Source: a virus
Taxonomy: Duplodnaviria > Caudoviricetes
Reading direction: 5' to 3' (one strand)
Virus record (IMG/VR): IMGVR_UViG_3300014720_002243
Span: 1 to 64,000 of that record
DNA: 64,000 nucleotides
Below the pieces are notes generated by a model that was not told the DNA's origin, did no database searches, and saw only the letters and a list, made by a program, of their open reading frames with translations. Shown piece by piece: positions 44,228 to 53,451 of the stretch (the stretch's first letter is position 1; each line of letters starts with the position of its first letter). A program made the position numbers and the translations under genes.

Positions 44228-45055
44228 AGTATTGTTCTCCACATTATTGGTTAACTGATCATTAGATACACCTGCTGTTGATAAATCTTCGCTTTTTTCC
44301 GTAAAAATTTTAGAACCCTCAGAAATTAGCTCTTTTGTAAAAATAATACTATCAGGATTTGCGGGCTTATTGACAAAACCCTTGCCTGAAAAAGTGATAT
44401 TTCTAAGGACTCTACCAATTTTATAGTTCTGATGTTCGCCAACTCCACCGTAGGCTCTAAGGTGTTTTGTTAAGTATGCTGTTTCATTATTCCTGGCTAA
44501 TATTTTATATTCTCCAGTACTTTTATTAATTAAACCATAATCAAAACCATTAAAGAAACACTCCATACTAACGTATTTGGTTCCGTCTTCTATTTCTGCT
44601 ATAAGTTTAGCAGCTCTCTCCTTAAGCTCTGGATTGCTAAAACCCTTATAAATTACAGAACCTGTTAAAATATGATATTTATCTGGTAAATTTTCTATTG
44701 GAGTATTTTCATTAATTAATATTCCATCTTCTGTGATTGGCCAATTAGATATGATATGACCAATAATAACACTCTCATCATGCTCTAGATTGGTTGGCTT
44801 ATGTTCTGGGGTATGTTTAGCCGCCCAAACTTCATTCTTATCAAATATATCGTCATTTTTATTCCATGACGAGCTAACTAAAATAGATTGGACATAATAT
44901 AAATCACTATCACTATAAAAAGCTAAACTCTTGATATGCTTAATATCAACAGGAGTATTAGAGCATGGAGAAGCTTCGGTGGCATATGATATAGCGGCCG
45001 AAGCTTTAATTTTTTCTTCTAGACCATCGGCTATTTCTTGCTCAAAGATTTGCAT
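43529..45055 (-). CDS. Prohead protease fused to a coiled-coil scaffold
   Basis: N-terminal NKNDDIF...LEHD..IIGH...VSMEC protease-like part; C-terminal E/K-rich coiled coil. Confidence 0.7.
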   Translation of the reverse strand: MQIFEQEIADGLEEKIKASAAISYATEASPCSNTPVDIKHIKSLAFYSDSDLYYVQSILVSSSWNKNDDIFDKNEVWAAKHTPEHKPTNLEHDESVIIGHIISNWPITEDGILINENTPIENLPDKYHILTGSVIYKGFSNPELKERAAKLIAEIEDGTKYVSMECFFNGFDYGLINKSTGEYKILARNNETAYLTKHLRAYGGVGEHQNYKIGRVLRNITFSGKGFVNKPANPDSIIFTKELISEGSKIFTEKSEDLSTAGVSNDQLTNNVENNTMSLDLEPIMTEVAEIKNKLEALQGLSEAFTAATTLKDKTVELEGTIKAHEDKITELTSALELAATEKEEAAKKKSEEEMLKEEEMKKVKSELDAANETIAAYKNKEEEMAKKEKKMKRMASLIEAGIDNDTASATVDKFESLDDEAFAAMTSLFAGKMPPWLKKDEEDKEEEMKDKKKASEAEAADPAILETAEVEEEVNLGVGGEVDSSAENTRAALVEFVYSRLGKTLKN

Positions 45056-45074
45056 ATAATGCCCCTTTACTAAA

Positions 45075-47270
45075 TTATGATTCTAGTTTCGAATACACCA
45101 TAGAATAAAAAGAAGCTTTAGCCTGTTTCTGTTCTTCTACTGATAAATCTTTATTTAGATCATTTTTAATATTTTTTATCCAAACATTATAACCATTGAT
45201 AATATTATTAAAATCTTTTTCATTAGAAGTTACATTACTGAAAGAGTCTAATACTTTAGTTTCATCAATAATAGAAAAAGGATTAAAGCTAAATAATATC
45301 TTTGTTTTAACTAGATCTGCTTCTTTAGTTTCTGTACTAGATAAGCTTCTCCAGTTTTTCTTTTTGTAGAAATCTAAAAATACAGGATTTAAAACTTCAC
45401 TAATTTTATCTTGAGCATTATTTGCCCAAATTTCTAAGCTAGCACCAGTTTGAGGACTAAATTCTTTGGTTTTTCTTTTTTCTGTATCTTTAGAAAGTTT
45501 AGGACGCCCCTGCTGAGGAACGCCTTTGTTACCTTGAGGAACAGGTTGACCTCCTCCGGGTGGAGATGCGGGAACTTTCATTTCCAAAGCTGACTTCTCT
45601 CCGCTCTTTTTCTTATCTAGTTCCAGCCCAACTTGACTGGGAGCAACCGATCCGTTCTGTAGTGCTATCTTCTTTAAAGAATTTTCAAACTGAGGATCAA
45701 ACCATGGACCAGCTTTATTAACCATTCTTTCTGATTTCCTATCTCTATTTTCTCTATTAAGTCTTGTTTTTTCCATATCTGGATCTATGCCAAATCTAGT
45801 TTGTAACAACTCATCACTGATTAGATTTCTATCAACAAGCTGAACTAGTAGTGCTTTCTCTGCGTCCTCATTACTCAAGTCCATTCTATCAAATTCTATT
45901 TTTGCAGCGTACTTGAAACCCATAGTTTTTTGTACGATTGCTATCTCTTTTTCCCAAAACTCTACAAGTATATCTCTTCCATACTGTAATCTTTGTGTGA
46001 GTGTTTTTAGACTAATAAAATTATTAGTAGTTCCTGCTGCCCCGAATGTTCCTGTAAGAGTTGGAGGAATACCTAATCCAGCATAGACACTATTAAGATG
46101 TGGTATATATTTACCTTCTCCTAAAAATTGATGAACATTAGTTTTACTTTCAATAAGTTCTATATCAGGCCCCCATACTAAATCCATAGTACCACCGCCC
46201 ATATTATTCCCTAAAATCTGTGCTAGTTTTGCGGTGGCTGCTTTTGTTGGGGCAATTTTATGTTCTAGGCTTCCTAGCTTAAAAATTCTAATATTACTAA
46301 TTGCACCATCTAATGCTGCTGTATCTGCTAATTTTAGTTTTTCTATTAATACAATATCATCCATGATAGCATATATCATAGGAAAAGCCCATGTTTGCCA
46401 ATCATCTTTTTTGTAATGATATACTAGTGTTTTTTCTGGATCTAAAGGGTATGCTTTTTTTGTTTTTGCTGCTTCTATAATAGGGGATGGTAATTGTGCT
46501 ATAACTTCTTTTTCAGCATCAGTCTTAGGAGTGTTGATAATTTTTCTAAGAGCGGCTGGTAAAACCAATTCATATTTCTTATTTGAAACGAATGATGATA
46601 AAGGCCCAGCTGCAACATCAACGAAAACAGGATCTATAAAAGTATATCTCCAAGGAACTTCTCTTTTTTCTAGATTATTATTCTCTAGTTCATTGATCTG
46701 AAGATCGGATCCTGCAACAGCTTTATATAGCTGATCAGCGACTTTAAGATTTAGCTTTGCTGTTTGCCTATTGATAACAACATTACCTGTTTTGTAAATG
46801 TTATTTAGGAATCTCTCTGATCTGTCTCTTCCTTTTACCTTTTTAAACCATTGTCTATAAAATCTCTCTATTCTTTTATTTTTATGAGATAATCTTATTC
46901 CTTGTGCTGCGAAATCTCCCATAAGATCTATTACATTCTTAACTAATCCCACTCTCTGGTAAACGTCCTCTGCTTTGGCTATTATCCTTTTTATTTCAGT
47001 AGGAATACTCTCTTGAGGTCTAAAGAAATCATAATCGGATCTTGTTAATCCGGGTCGGCCGCCAGTATTAGTATCTAGTCTAGAAAAATCTACATTATAT
47101 CTACGATTACCTACTGCTCTATCTATTAACGTATATTCGTCCAGTGACTGAGAAGCTGTTTTTAAGGCTTTTTGCTTACTATCCAAATCATCGCCCCAAG
47201 AAACATAAGCCTCTTCTGACAATGGTTGAGCGTTTTTTATAGAGCTATTTCTTGTAGTTTTTTTGGCCAT
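45075..47270 (-). CDS. Portal protein
   Basis: 731 aa directly after the large terminase; VKNVIDLMGDF...YKTGNV...LGIPPTL pattern. Confidence 0.75.
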   Translation of the reverse strand: MAKKTTRNSSIKNAQPLSEEAYVSWGDDLDSKQKALKTASQSLDEYTLIDRAVGNRRYNVDFSRLDTNTGGRPGLTRSDYDFFRPQESIPTEIKRIIAKAEDVYQRVGLVKNVIDLMGDFAAQGIRLSHKNKRIERFYRQWFKKVKGRDRSERFLNNIYKTGNVVINRQTAKLNLKVADQLYKAVAGSDLQINELENNNLEKREVPWRYTFIDPVFVDVAAGPLSSFVSNKKYELVLPAALRKIINTPKTDAEKEVIAQLPSPIIEAAKTKKAYPLDPEKTLVYHYKKDDWQTWAFPMIYAIMDDIVLIEKLKLADTAALDGAISNIRIFKLGSLEHKIAPTKAATAKLAQILGNNMGGGTMDLVWGPDIELIESKTNVHQFLGEGKYIPHLNSVYAGLGIPPTLTGTFGAAGTTNNFISLKTLTQRLQYGRDILVEFWEKEIAIVQKTMGFKYAAKIEFDRMDLSNEDAEKALLVQLVDRNLISDELLQTRFGIDPDMEKTRLNRENRDRKSERMVNKAGPWFDPQFENSLKKIALQNGSVAPSQVGLELDKKKSGEKSALEMKVPASPPGGGQPVPQGNKGVPQQGRPKLSKDTEKRKTKEFSPQTGASLEIWANNAQDKISEVLNPVFLDFYKKKNWRSLSSTETKEADLVKTKILFSFNPFSIIDETKVLDSFSNVTSNEKDFNNIINGYNVWIKNIKNDLNKDLSVEEQKQAKASFYSMVYSKLES

Positions 47271-47319
47271 AATTATAATAGTATTACATTAGGATTGAAT
47301 TGCTATTAATTATACACTG

Positions 47320-49350
47320 TTATCTATGATAAACACCAAAGAAGTCAGCGTCATTAGCTCCAGAGGTAAACCACTCTGGTCCTTTATACATATCTCCTTT
47401 ATTTTCTACCATATCCCTAGTATTTCCTCCCACAATATCATAGCTCATAGGTTGCAAAGATATTCTTGCTTGCCTAGCCATCATGTTAGCTATGAGTAAA
47501 GCGCTATATCGGTCTTTTCTAAGTCTTCCCTTTTTACCATTTTGTAATTTTACTTCCGGAGTATCCCATCTGTCTCTGGCATTAGGACCCGTGCTAGTCT
47601 GAGTCATAACAATTGTGGTCAATTCGTTTTTTAGTTCTTCTATTTCTAAAATACATTCACTTAAATTATCATATATCGGAGTAAGATCAGATTCAAGTAT
47701 ATCTTTTCCTTCTTTATCTAGAGCTAAACCTAACGTTAAACTATCAAATCTAGGGAATAGTACTGTTTTATCTTCTAAATCTTTTCTTAATCCATGATTA
47801 GCTTGGGCTGTCCAGTCTGCTTTAGCAAATTGTACCAATTCTAATATGTGTTGTCCCGGTTGATTATCTGTATCTTTTGATTTATCATAATTAATTATTG
47901 GCCAAATTAATTGCTCTCCATCTTCTAGTTTAGACGGATCGTGCAAAGCTTCTTCTATTGCTACTCCTCCTCCCTGAGCATCCAACCCTATTTTTACACA
48001 CGGAAAAACTTTCATCAGATTACGTATCTTTCTAGTGCAAAACCCATAAAAATCATATTCTTTAACTAGGCCGGTTTTTTGTCTTTCTTTAAAATTGCTT
48101 CTATTAGTTGTCCAACAGTATACTACTCTAGCATGTGTTGGATGAACCTCTAAAACAACAATACTAAAGTTATCTTTCTCTGAGGCCGGGTCTATTCCAA
48201 ACACATATTGTGCAGATGAGTTTCCGATTGTCTGTGCGTCAAAAATTATTGGTTTTTCATCAAAAATTATAGGGTTAGCATCATTTACTACACAGCTTTC
48301 TATTAAACTTCTCTTAAAGAAGCCTTGACTATCTGTTACGAAACACGCTGCATATTCCATATTGTATATGCCAGTATGAATTGTAGCTTTAGCTCTTGCT
48401 ACTTGTTTATCATCCATGAATCCTTTAGGAATTAATTCATAAGGCATTCTTACTATAGAATAGTCTTTCCAATTAAACGTTTGAGGTACTTCTCCTTTAA
48501 AAATATTTTCTAGTTTTGTAGGATCTCCTTTGCTTTCTATAATAGCTTTATATCTTCTCCAATAGCTAGCAAAATGCTTAAAAGCATAGTCTGCTGTTCC
48601 AGCTATAATAGCTTGATTTCCCATTTTATAATCTAGTGCTTCTAACTGCTCATTCCATATTCCAGCTTCTGCCATTGCTTGTTTTTTAGCTTGTTCTTTA
48701 ACATTCTGAATAGGACTGGCACTAACGGCGGCGAATCCAGAAACCACAGTCTCATAAATATCTGGTGATATCGATGCAAATTCGTCTGCTATAATTATAT
48801 GCGCTCTTAAACCTCTGATTTTAGATCCATCACCCATGGGAATAGCTATAACCCAGCTATCTCCTAATCTTAATGTACAACGATCAACGTCTCTTCTTGG
48901 TCCGTCATCATTACCTGAAAATATGCTTCTTAAAACAGGGCTGGTTCTCCAGATGTTTTCCATATATTCGAAAAGAATTTTACTCTGTCTAAATGCAGCT
49001 CCAACTACAACGATTTTTGTGCCCGGCTTAAATACGCAGCGTAATATACAATATAATGACATGATAAAGCTTTTACCAAAACCACGACTAGCTATAAACA
49101 TAGGGAATGACCTAATCCAAAATTCTTGTAATATTGCGATTTGAATAGGATGCAATTCGATACCGAATAATAATTTACATGTAACACCAAAATATTTAGG
49201 ATTGCAAAGCAATCTCATAAGATGCAAGTCGGGATTTTCTATATCCTCTTTGCTTCTATGAATCATTAAGTTTTGAGTAGTAGGTATTAGAGATAAGTCT
49301 CCAAGACCTAACCACGCATCTTCAAATATCTTTTTGTTGATCTTTTGCAT
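47320..49350 (-). CDS. terL: Terminase large subunit
   Basis: Walker A ASRGFGKS, Walker B IRGLRAHIIIADE, nuclease FGIDPA and KDRYSA. Confidence 0.92.
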   Translation of the reverse strand: MQKINKKIFEDAWLGLGDLSLIPTTQNLMIHRSKEDIENPDLHLMRLLCNPKYFGVTCKLLFGIELHPIQIAILQEFWIRSFPMFIASRGFGKSFIMSLYCILRCVFKPGTKIVVVGAAFRQSKILFEYMENIWRTSPVLRSIFSGNDDGPRRDVDRCTLRLGDSWVIAIPMGDGSKIRGLRAHIIIADEFASISPDIYETVVSGFAAVSASPIQNVKEQAKKQAMAEAGIWNEQLEALDYKMGNQAIIAGTADYAFKHFASYWRRYKAIIESKGDPTKLENIFKGEVPQTFNWKDYSIVRMPYELIPKGFMDDKQVARAKATIHTGIYNMEYAACFVTDSQGFFKRSLIESCVVNDANPIIFDEKPIIFDAQTIGNSSAQYVFGIDPASEKDNFSIVVLEVHPTHARVVYCWTTNRSNFKERQKTGLVKEYDFYGFCTRKIRNLMKVFPCVKIGLDAQGGGVAIEEALHDPSKLEDGEQLIWPIINYDKSKDTDNQPGQHILELVQFAKADWTAQANHGLRKDLEDKTVLFPRFDSLTLGLALDKEGKDILESDLTPIYDNLSECILEIEELKNELTTIVMTQTSTGPNARDRWDTPEVKLQNGKKGRLRKDRYSALLIANMMARQARISLQPMSYDIVGGNTRDMVENKGDMYKGPEWFTSGANDADFFGVYHR

Positions 49351-49810
49351 GTTTTGTATGTACTCTTTTCATAATCGACATGGCTGTTTTTTCTGCCCAA
49401 CTAGGACAACCGCAAAAGATAACATGTATACCATAATACATTTGTAACTCTACTAAATATTTTAGTATATATGCTGGTTGTATTTTAATATTCTTCCATA
49501 GTTTTTGAGGAACATCCGAGCCTATGGGGTAATTCATCAATTGATCATAATCACATTCAATCAAGATAAAAGCATACTTATAACCAGACATTCTTTCTAT
49601 TACATCTTTAAATCTTTTTTCCGTAATATTATTAGCAATTTCTGCTATGCCCTTTTTTCGCTCAATGCATAAAAGATGCTCTAATCCTTCTATAGAATAA
49701 TCTCCGGTATCTAGTTTACGATTAGCTATAGAATGGTACGGAAACTCCCAAGGTTGTTGTTCTCTTGTATCTATAATAACGGTAAATTCTGAGTTTTCTT
49801 GATTATTCAT
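49322..49810 (-). CDS. ERCC4/XPF-family nuclease
   Basis: IIDTREQ, LDTGDYS and IERKK motifs. Confidence 0.85.
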   Translation of the reverse strand: MNNQENSEFTVIIDTREQQPWEFPYHSIANRKLDTGDYSIEGLEHLLCIERKKGIAEIANNITEKRFKDVIERMSGYKYAFILIECDYDQLMNYPIGSDVPQKLWKNIKIQPAYILKYLVELQMYYGIHVIFCGCPSWAEKTAMSIMKRVHTKHAKDQQKDI

Positions 49811-50087
49811 AATTTTTTTTATTATCTAGTAATCTTAATAACGTTCCAGCATAAATTTCTTCCATACCTTTAATGCTATCGTGATGATATTTACACAGTG
49901 TTATACCGTTATTGATATCAAATCTTAATCCTGGATATTGTGACCAAGATTTAATATGATGAGCATTTAGTTTTTTCTTTTGTAAACATCCAGGCCACTG
50001 GCATTGATGCTTATCTCTCGTATAAACCCGTTTTCTCCATTCTTTATAAATTGGATCTTTGAAATTTCTAAACATGTTCATTCTCAA
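49803..50087 (-). CDS. HNH endonuclease (start may be 50075)
   Basis: VYTRDKHQCQWPGC...AHHI...NGITLCKYHH. Confidence 0.85.
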   Translation of the reverse strand: MRMNMFRNFKDPIYKEWRKRVYTRDKHQCQWPGCLQKKKLNAHHIKSWSQYPGLRFDINNGITLCKYHHDSIKGMEEIYAGTLLRLLDNKKNYE

Positions 50088-51060
50088 TATCGAATTTTAC
50101 CATTTCTTCTACTAATTGATCAAATGTATATTCTGGTTTCCATCCTAGTGTTTTTCTGATTTTAGAGCTATCACCATTAAGATAATCTACTTCTGCTGGT
50201 CTATACAGATTAGGATCGACTATAACGTAATCTTTCCAGTTTAAATTAACGATACCAAAAGCTTTCATTAAAAATTCTTCTACAGAATGTACTTCTCCTG
50301 TGGATACTATATAATCATTTGGTTTTTCAGTTTGTAGCATTAAGTACATAGCTTTTACATAGTCCTTAGCGTGACCCCAATCTCTTTTTGCAGATAGGTT
50401 TCCTAGACTTAATTTATCTCTCGTTTTTCCATTGATTACTTGGCCTATATACTTAGTAATTTTTTTAGTTACAAAGCTTTCTCCTCTTCTTGGACTCTCA
50501 TGATTAAAAAGAATACCACAAGAACCATACATATCGTATGACGATCTATAAATTCTAACCAAATTATGTGATGCTAATTTTGCTGCTCCGTACGGACTTT
50601 GCGGAAACATTTGGGTTTCTTCATTTTGGTATTTTATACCTGTGTTATTTATGCTAAAATTATATCCGAACATTTCGCTGGTGCTTGCTTGGTATAATCG
50701 TGTTGCAGGAGAGGAGACTCTGATGCTCTCTAGTATGTTTACAACACCTAGAGTATTAACATTAAGCGTAAGACTAGGCTGACTAAAAGATGTACCCACA
50801 TGACTCTGTGCTGCTAAGTTATAGAATTCGTCTGGTTGATATTTCTGAATCATACAAGAGCAGGAAACAGGATCCGTTAAGTCAAATTCTTCTAATTTGA
50901 ACTCGGGGACATTTAAAATATTAGATATTCTATTAGTATTTAAATTACTTGACCTCCTAACGAGGCCCACGACGGTATAATCATGGTTTAATAAAAATTC
51001 TGCTAGGTAGGAACCATCCTGCCCAGTTACTCCTGTTACTAGTGCAACTTTTTTACTCAT
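50068..51060 (-). CDS. gmd: GDP-mannose 4,6-dehydratase
   Basis: GVTGQDGSYLA, YNLAAQSHV, YQASTSEMFG, SPYGAAK, GILFNHESPRRG, RDWGHAKDYV. Confidence 0.97.
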   Translation of the reverse strand: MSKKVALVTGVTGQDGSYLAEFLLNHDYTVVGLVRRSSNLNTNRISNILNVPEFKLEEFDLTDPVSCSCMIQKYQPDEFYNLAAQSHVGTSFSQPSLTLNVNTLGVVNILESIRVSSPATRLYQASTSEMFGYNFSINNTGIKYQNEETQMFPQSPYGAAKLASHNLVRIYRSSYDMYGSCGILFNHESPRRGESFVTKKITKYIGQVINGKTRDKLSLGNLSAKRDWGHAKDYVKAMYLMLQTEKPNDYIVSTGEVHSVEEFLMKAFGIVNLNWKDYVIVDPNLYRPAEVDYLNGDSSKIRKTLGWKPEYTFDQLVEEMVKFDIENEHV

Positions 51061-51877
51061 CTTGTTCTACGCTTTCTGGTGTTAAGAAAGGTTTATCTAG
51101 TGTGCCGTCCTCGAATGTATGGTATTCAAATAGTTTCTCTTTAGCTTTGTTAGTTGCTAAATTAAGAATTTCCATTTCTCTACCTTCTTTTTCACGAATA
51201 GCTTCGTCTTCTAACATACGAATTAATCCTACCCAACTACTTTTACCATCTTCGATTCTTTTAATTCTTTGCTCTCTTGTGGCTTTTAGATCCTTGCTAA
51301 TCTTTTGCTGTTCATTTAAAAGCTTAGTATACTCATTAGTATAATTAGCAATACTATTTCGTGCAAAACTTAATTGAGTTTCTAAATTTGCTAGTTTAGG
51401 AATATCTCTTTCTGTTTCTGGTTTAGCATATTGAGCGTCTACTAGTTTCTGAAGTTTTTCAGTATCTGTGATGTGTCTTTTTCTTTCTTTCATACTTCTG
51501 TTAATAAGAATGTCTATGGTGATAAATTGTTTAATCTGTAATTCTTCTGCTGGTAAAACATCTTCACGAAACTGTTTCATCAATCCTATCCAAGTATCTT
51601 CAAAATATTTTAATTCTCCGCTTTCTTCATCAAACTGCCTGAGAATTTCTGACCAAAAAGTTTTTAGATGTAGTCTTTTAATCAGATAATCGTCTGTTTT
51701 TTTGGTATCATCAGTAACATCCAGATTATTTTCTACTATATATCTTTGTATAGGAGCTGGACTTCTATTAAGCTCCTGAGCAATAGCTTCTATGCTAATA
51801 CTGCCAGCATTTTCAGTAATGAATTTTTCTTCATCGAGGCTTAGTTGTCCTCTTTTCTTAGGTGGTTGTTTTTCCAC
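51053..51877 (-). CDS. HTH plus coiled-coil protein, candidate terminase small subunit
   Basis: N-terminal SIEAIAQELNRSP HTH; long coiled coil; upstream of terL. Confidence 0.4.
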   Translation of the reverse strand: MEKQPPKKRGQLSLDEEKFITENAGSISIEAIAQELNRSPAPIQRYIVENNLDVTDDTKKTDDYLIKRLHLKTFWSEILRQFDEESGELKYFEDTWIGLMKQFREDVLPAEELQIKQFITIDILINRSMKERKRHITDTEKLQKLVDAQYAKPETERDIPKLANLETQLSFARNSIANYTNEYTKLLNEQQKISKDLKATREQRIKRIEDGKSSWVGLIRMLEDEAIREKEGREMEILNLATNKAKEKLFEYHTFEDGTLDKPFLTPESVEQDE

Positions 51878-52539
51878 TCTGTTGTCTCCATTAGATTAGC
51901 AATATGCTGTTGTAGTTTAACTAAATGATGTTTAGGCACTTTTGTTCCGTGTTTTATTTTTAAATAAAATTCTCTATATTCAATACCTATATTATTATCT
52001 AAAAACTCGATAATCTCTTTGCTCTGTACCCAATTTTGAAGATCACCCTTAGCGTGACTAATATCAAAACCATTATCCATATGACTTGGTTGCATAATAT
52101 TTTTCTTAGCACTATTTCTAGTATTCCAACTAGCATATAGTTCGCATTCATTCTTGTTTAAGAACTTAGAACATTGATTAGTCGAACACTGAAAATTTTT
52201 ATCAAAAAAGGGACAAGTCAAACAAGGTTTATCTGGTCTTTGATAGTTGTCTCTTTTGTAATTAAAAAGCCTGTTACGAACATGAGTCCATAAGAAATTT
52301 TCTAAAGGTCTGCTTCTGTCGTATTTTTCTAGTCCCTCTAATGCAAAAATAGCTGCTTGCTGTTTCATATCGTCAAAATCATGATATCCAAATTTAAATT
52401 TATGACCTAATCTCTTAGATATATTATCTAAAACGGTCAAAAACTCTTGTTCACTAACATTATTGGGTAAATTATTTTTGACTACTTTTTTCGGTTTCTT
52501 TTTCTTCACTATTTTCGGACGGATTTTCTTTTTGCTCAT
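51841..52539 (-). CDS. Phage sigma70-like factor with a Cys-rich insertion
   Basis: Region-2-like DDMKQQAAIFALEGLEKYD...FLWTHVRNRLFNYKRD, then CLTCPFF..C..C..C. Confidence 0.7.
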   Translation of the reverse strand: MSKKKIRPKIVKKKKPKKVVKNNLPNNVSEQEFLTVLDNISKRLGHKFKFGYHDFDDMKQQAAIFALEGLEKYDRSRPLENFLWTHVRNRLFNYKRDNYQRPDKPCLTCPFFDKNFQCSTNQCSKFLNKNECELYASWNTRNSAKKNIMQPSHMDNGFDISHAKGDLQNWVQSKEIIEFLDNNIGIEYREFYLKIKHGTKVPKHHLVKLQQHIANLMETTEWKNNHLRKEDN

Positions 52540-52654
52540 CTAATAATTCCGCTATACTTTTTCCTTCGGGTAAATTTAAATCACTTTCTACACTAGCTGC
52601 TGCTCCGCATGGATGAACTTCTAAGGTAGATTTGACAATATTAGCATCACTCAT
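52472..52654 (-). CDS. Small acidic hypothetical protein
   Basis: AGGAG RBS before MSDANIV. Confidence 0.55.
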   Translation of the reverse strand: MSDANIVKSTLEVHPCGAAASVESDLNLPEGKSIAELLDEQKENPSENSEEKETEKSSQK

Positions 52655-52742
52655 AAAAAACTCCTTGCACAAAGTTGTCAACCACATACTATTATAGTGT
52701 TAGTACACTTTTAGTCAATTTAATTTGTTAAAGGAACACCAA

Positions 52743-52973
52743 ATGGCAACATATAAGAAATGGCTTCAGACCGAACTAGACTTTATTAGATCAAATCAGG
52801 AACTATATAATGATGAACAACTTAGTGCTAAACTAAGCCAAATGACCGGCCAAAACATTACTACTGCTATGGTTCGCCGTCAGCGTAGAAAATTGGCCAT
52901 TAAGAAAAAGAGAGGTCGCCCCAGTAAAAATAAGGTTGTGGTCTCTCCGATTCAGGATAATGTTGTTTCTTGA
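52743..52973 (+). CDS. Small DNA-binding protein (Myb/HTH-like plus AT-hook)
   Basis: AAGGAA RBS; KWLQTELDFIR...LSAKL...VRRQRRKL and KKKRGRPSK. Confidence 0.65.
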   Translation: MATYKKWLQTELDFIRSNQELYNDEQLSAKLSQMTGQNITTAMVRRQRRKLAIKKKRGRPSKNKVVVSPIQDNVVS

Positions 52974-53004
52974 TCTTTTATTGTTGTGCAGCATAAAGGT
53001 CTAG

Positions 53005-53049
53005 TGGTGGGGGATTTCAGGGTAAAATTTGGAATCCCTCATCTTTTTT
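53005..53049 (+). terminator. Terminator-like hairpin
   Basis: GGTGGGGGATTTCA...TGGAATCCCTCATC followed by T6. Confidence 0.55.
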
Positions 53050-53067
53050 AACCAGGAGATTAATCTA

Positions 53068-53355
53068 ATGAAATTGTTTAGTTGTATGTTGGTTTTGTTT
53101 ATGGTCATGATGGTGGGAAATAATAGTTATGCTTGTGAGTGGGTAAGGGCTCGACCAATTCAGACAGTAGTGGTATATGCTTATCCACCTTCGGTATACA
53201 ATGTTTATCCCGTTTATATTGCTCCTCAGCCTCAACCAGTAGTAACCTATGAAACGGTTTTGGTTCCTGTGGTGCAGCAAGGGGTACAGTGGGTTTGGCC
53301 AAATTATTATCAGGTACAGCCGGTATATATTAGACCAACATTAATAAGGTACTAA
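53068..53355 (+). CDS. Secreted Pro/Tyr/Val-rich small protein
   Basis: AGGAG RBS; signal-peptide-like N-terminus; low-complexity YPPSVYNVYPVYIAPQPQP. Confidence 0.6.
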   Translation: MKLFSCMLVLFMVMMVGNNSYACEWVRARPIQTVVVYAYPPSVYNVYPVYIAPQPQPVVTYETVLVPVVQQGVQWVWPNYYQVQPVYIRPTLIRY

Positions 53356-53381
53356 GCTAATTATATAGTATAGGCCACAAA

Positions 53382-53412
53382 GAGAGACAGGCAGAGATGC
53401 TTGTCTTTTTTT
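53382..53412 (+). terminator. Rho-independent terminator
   Basis: GAGACAGGCA-GAGA-TGCTTGTCTT followed by a T run. Confidence 0.7.
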
Positions 53413-53451
53413 GTATAATTTGGTATAATAATGTATATAAAGGAGAATTTT

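Noticed and set aside
14022-49350. Inteins or introns in terL or the tape-measure gene
   Set aside because: No intein terminal or LAGLIDADG motifs were seen, and the reading frames are continuous.
1056-51689. Short plus-strand ORFs antisense to the late genes
   Set aside because: Shadow ORFs of long minus-strand genes, with no RBS or recognisable motifs.
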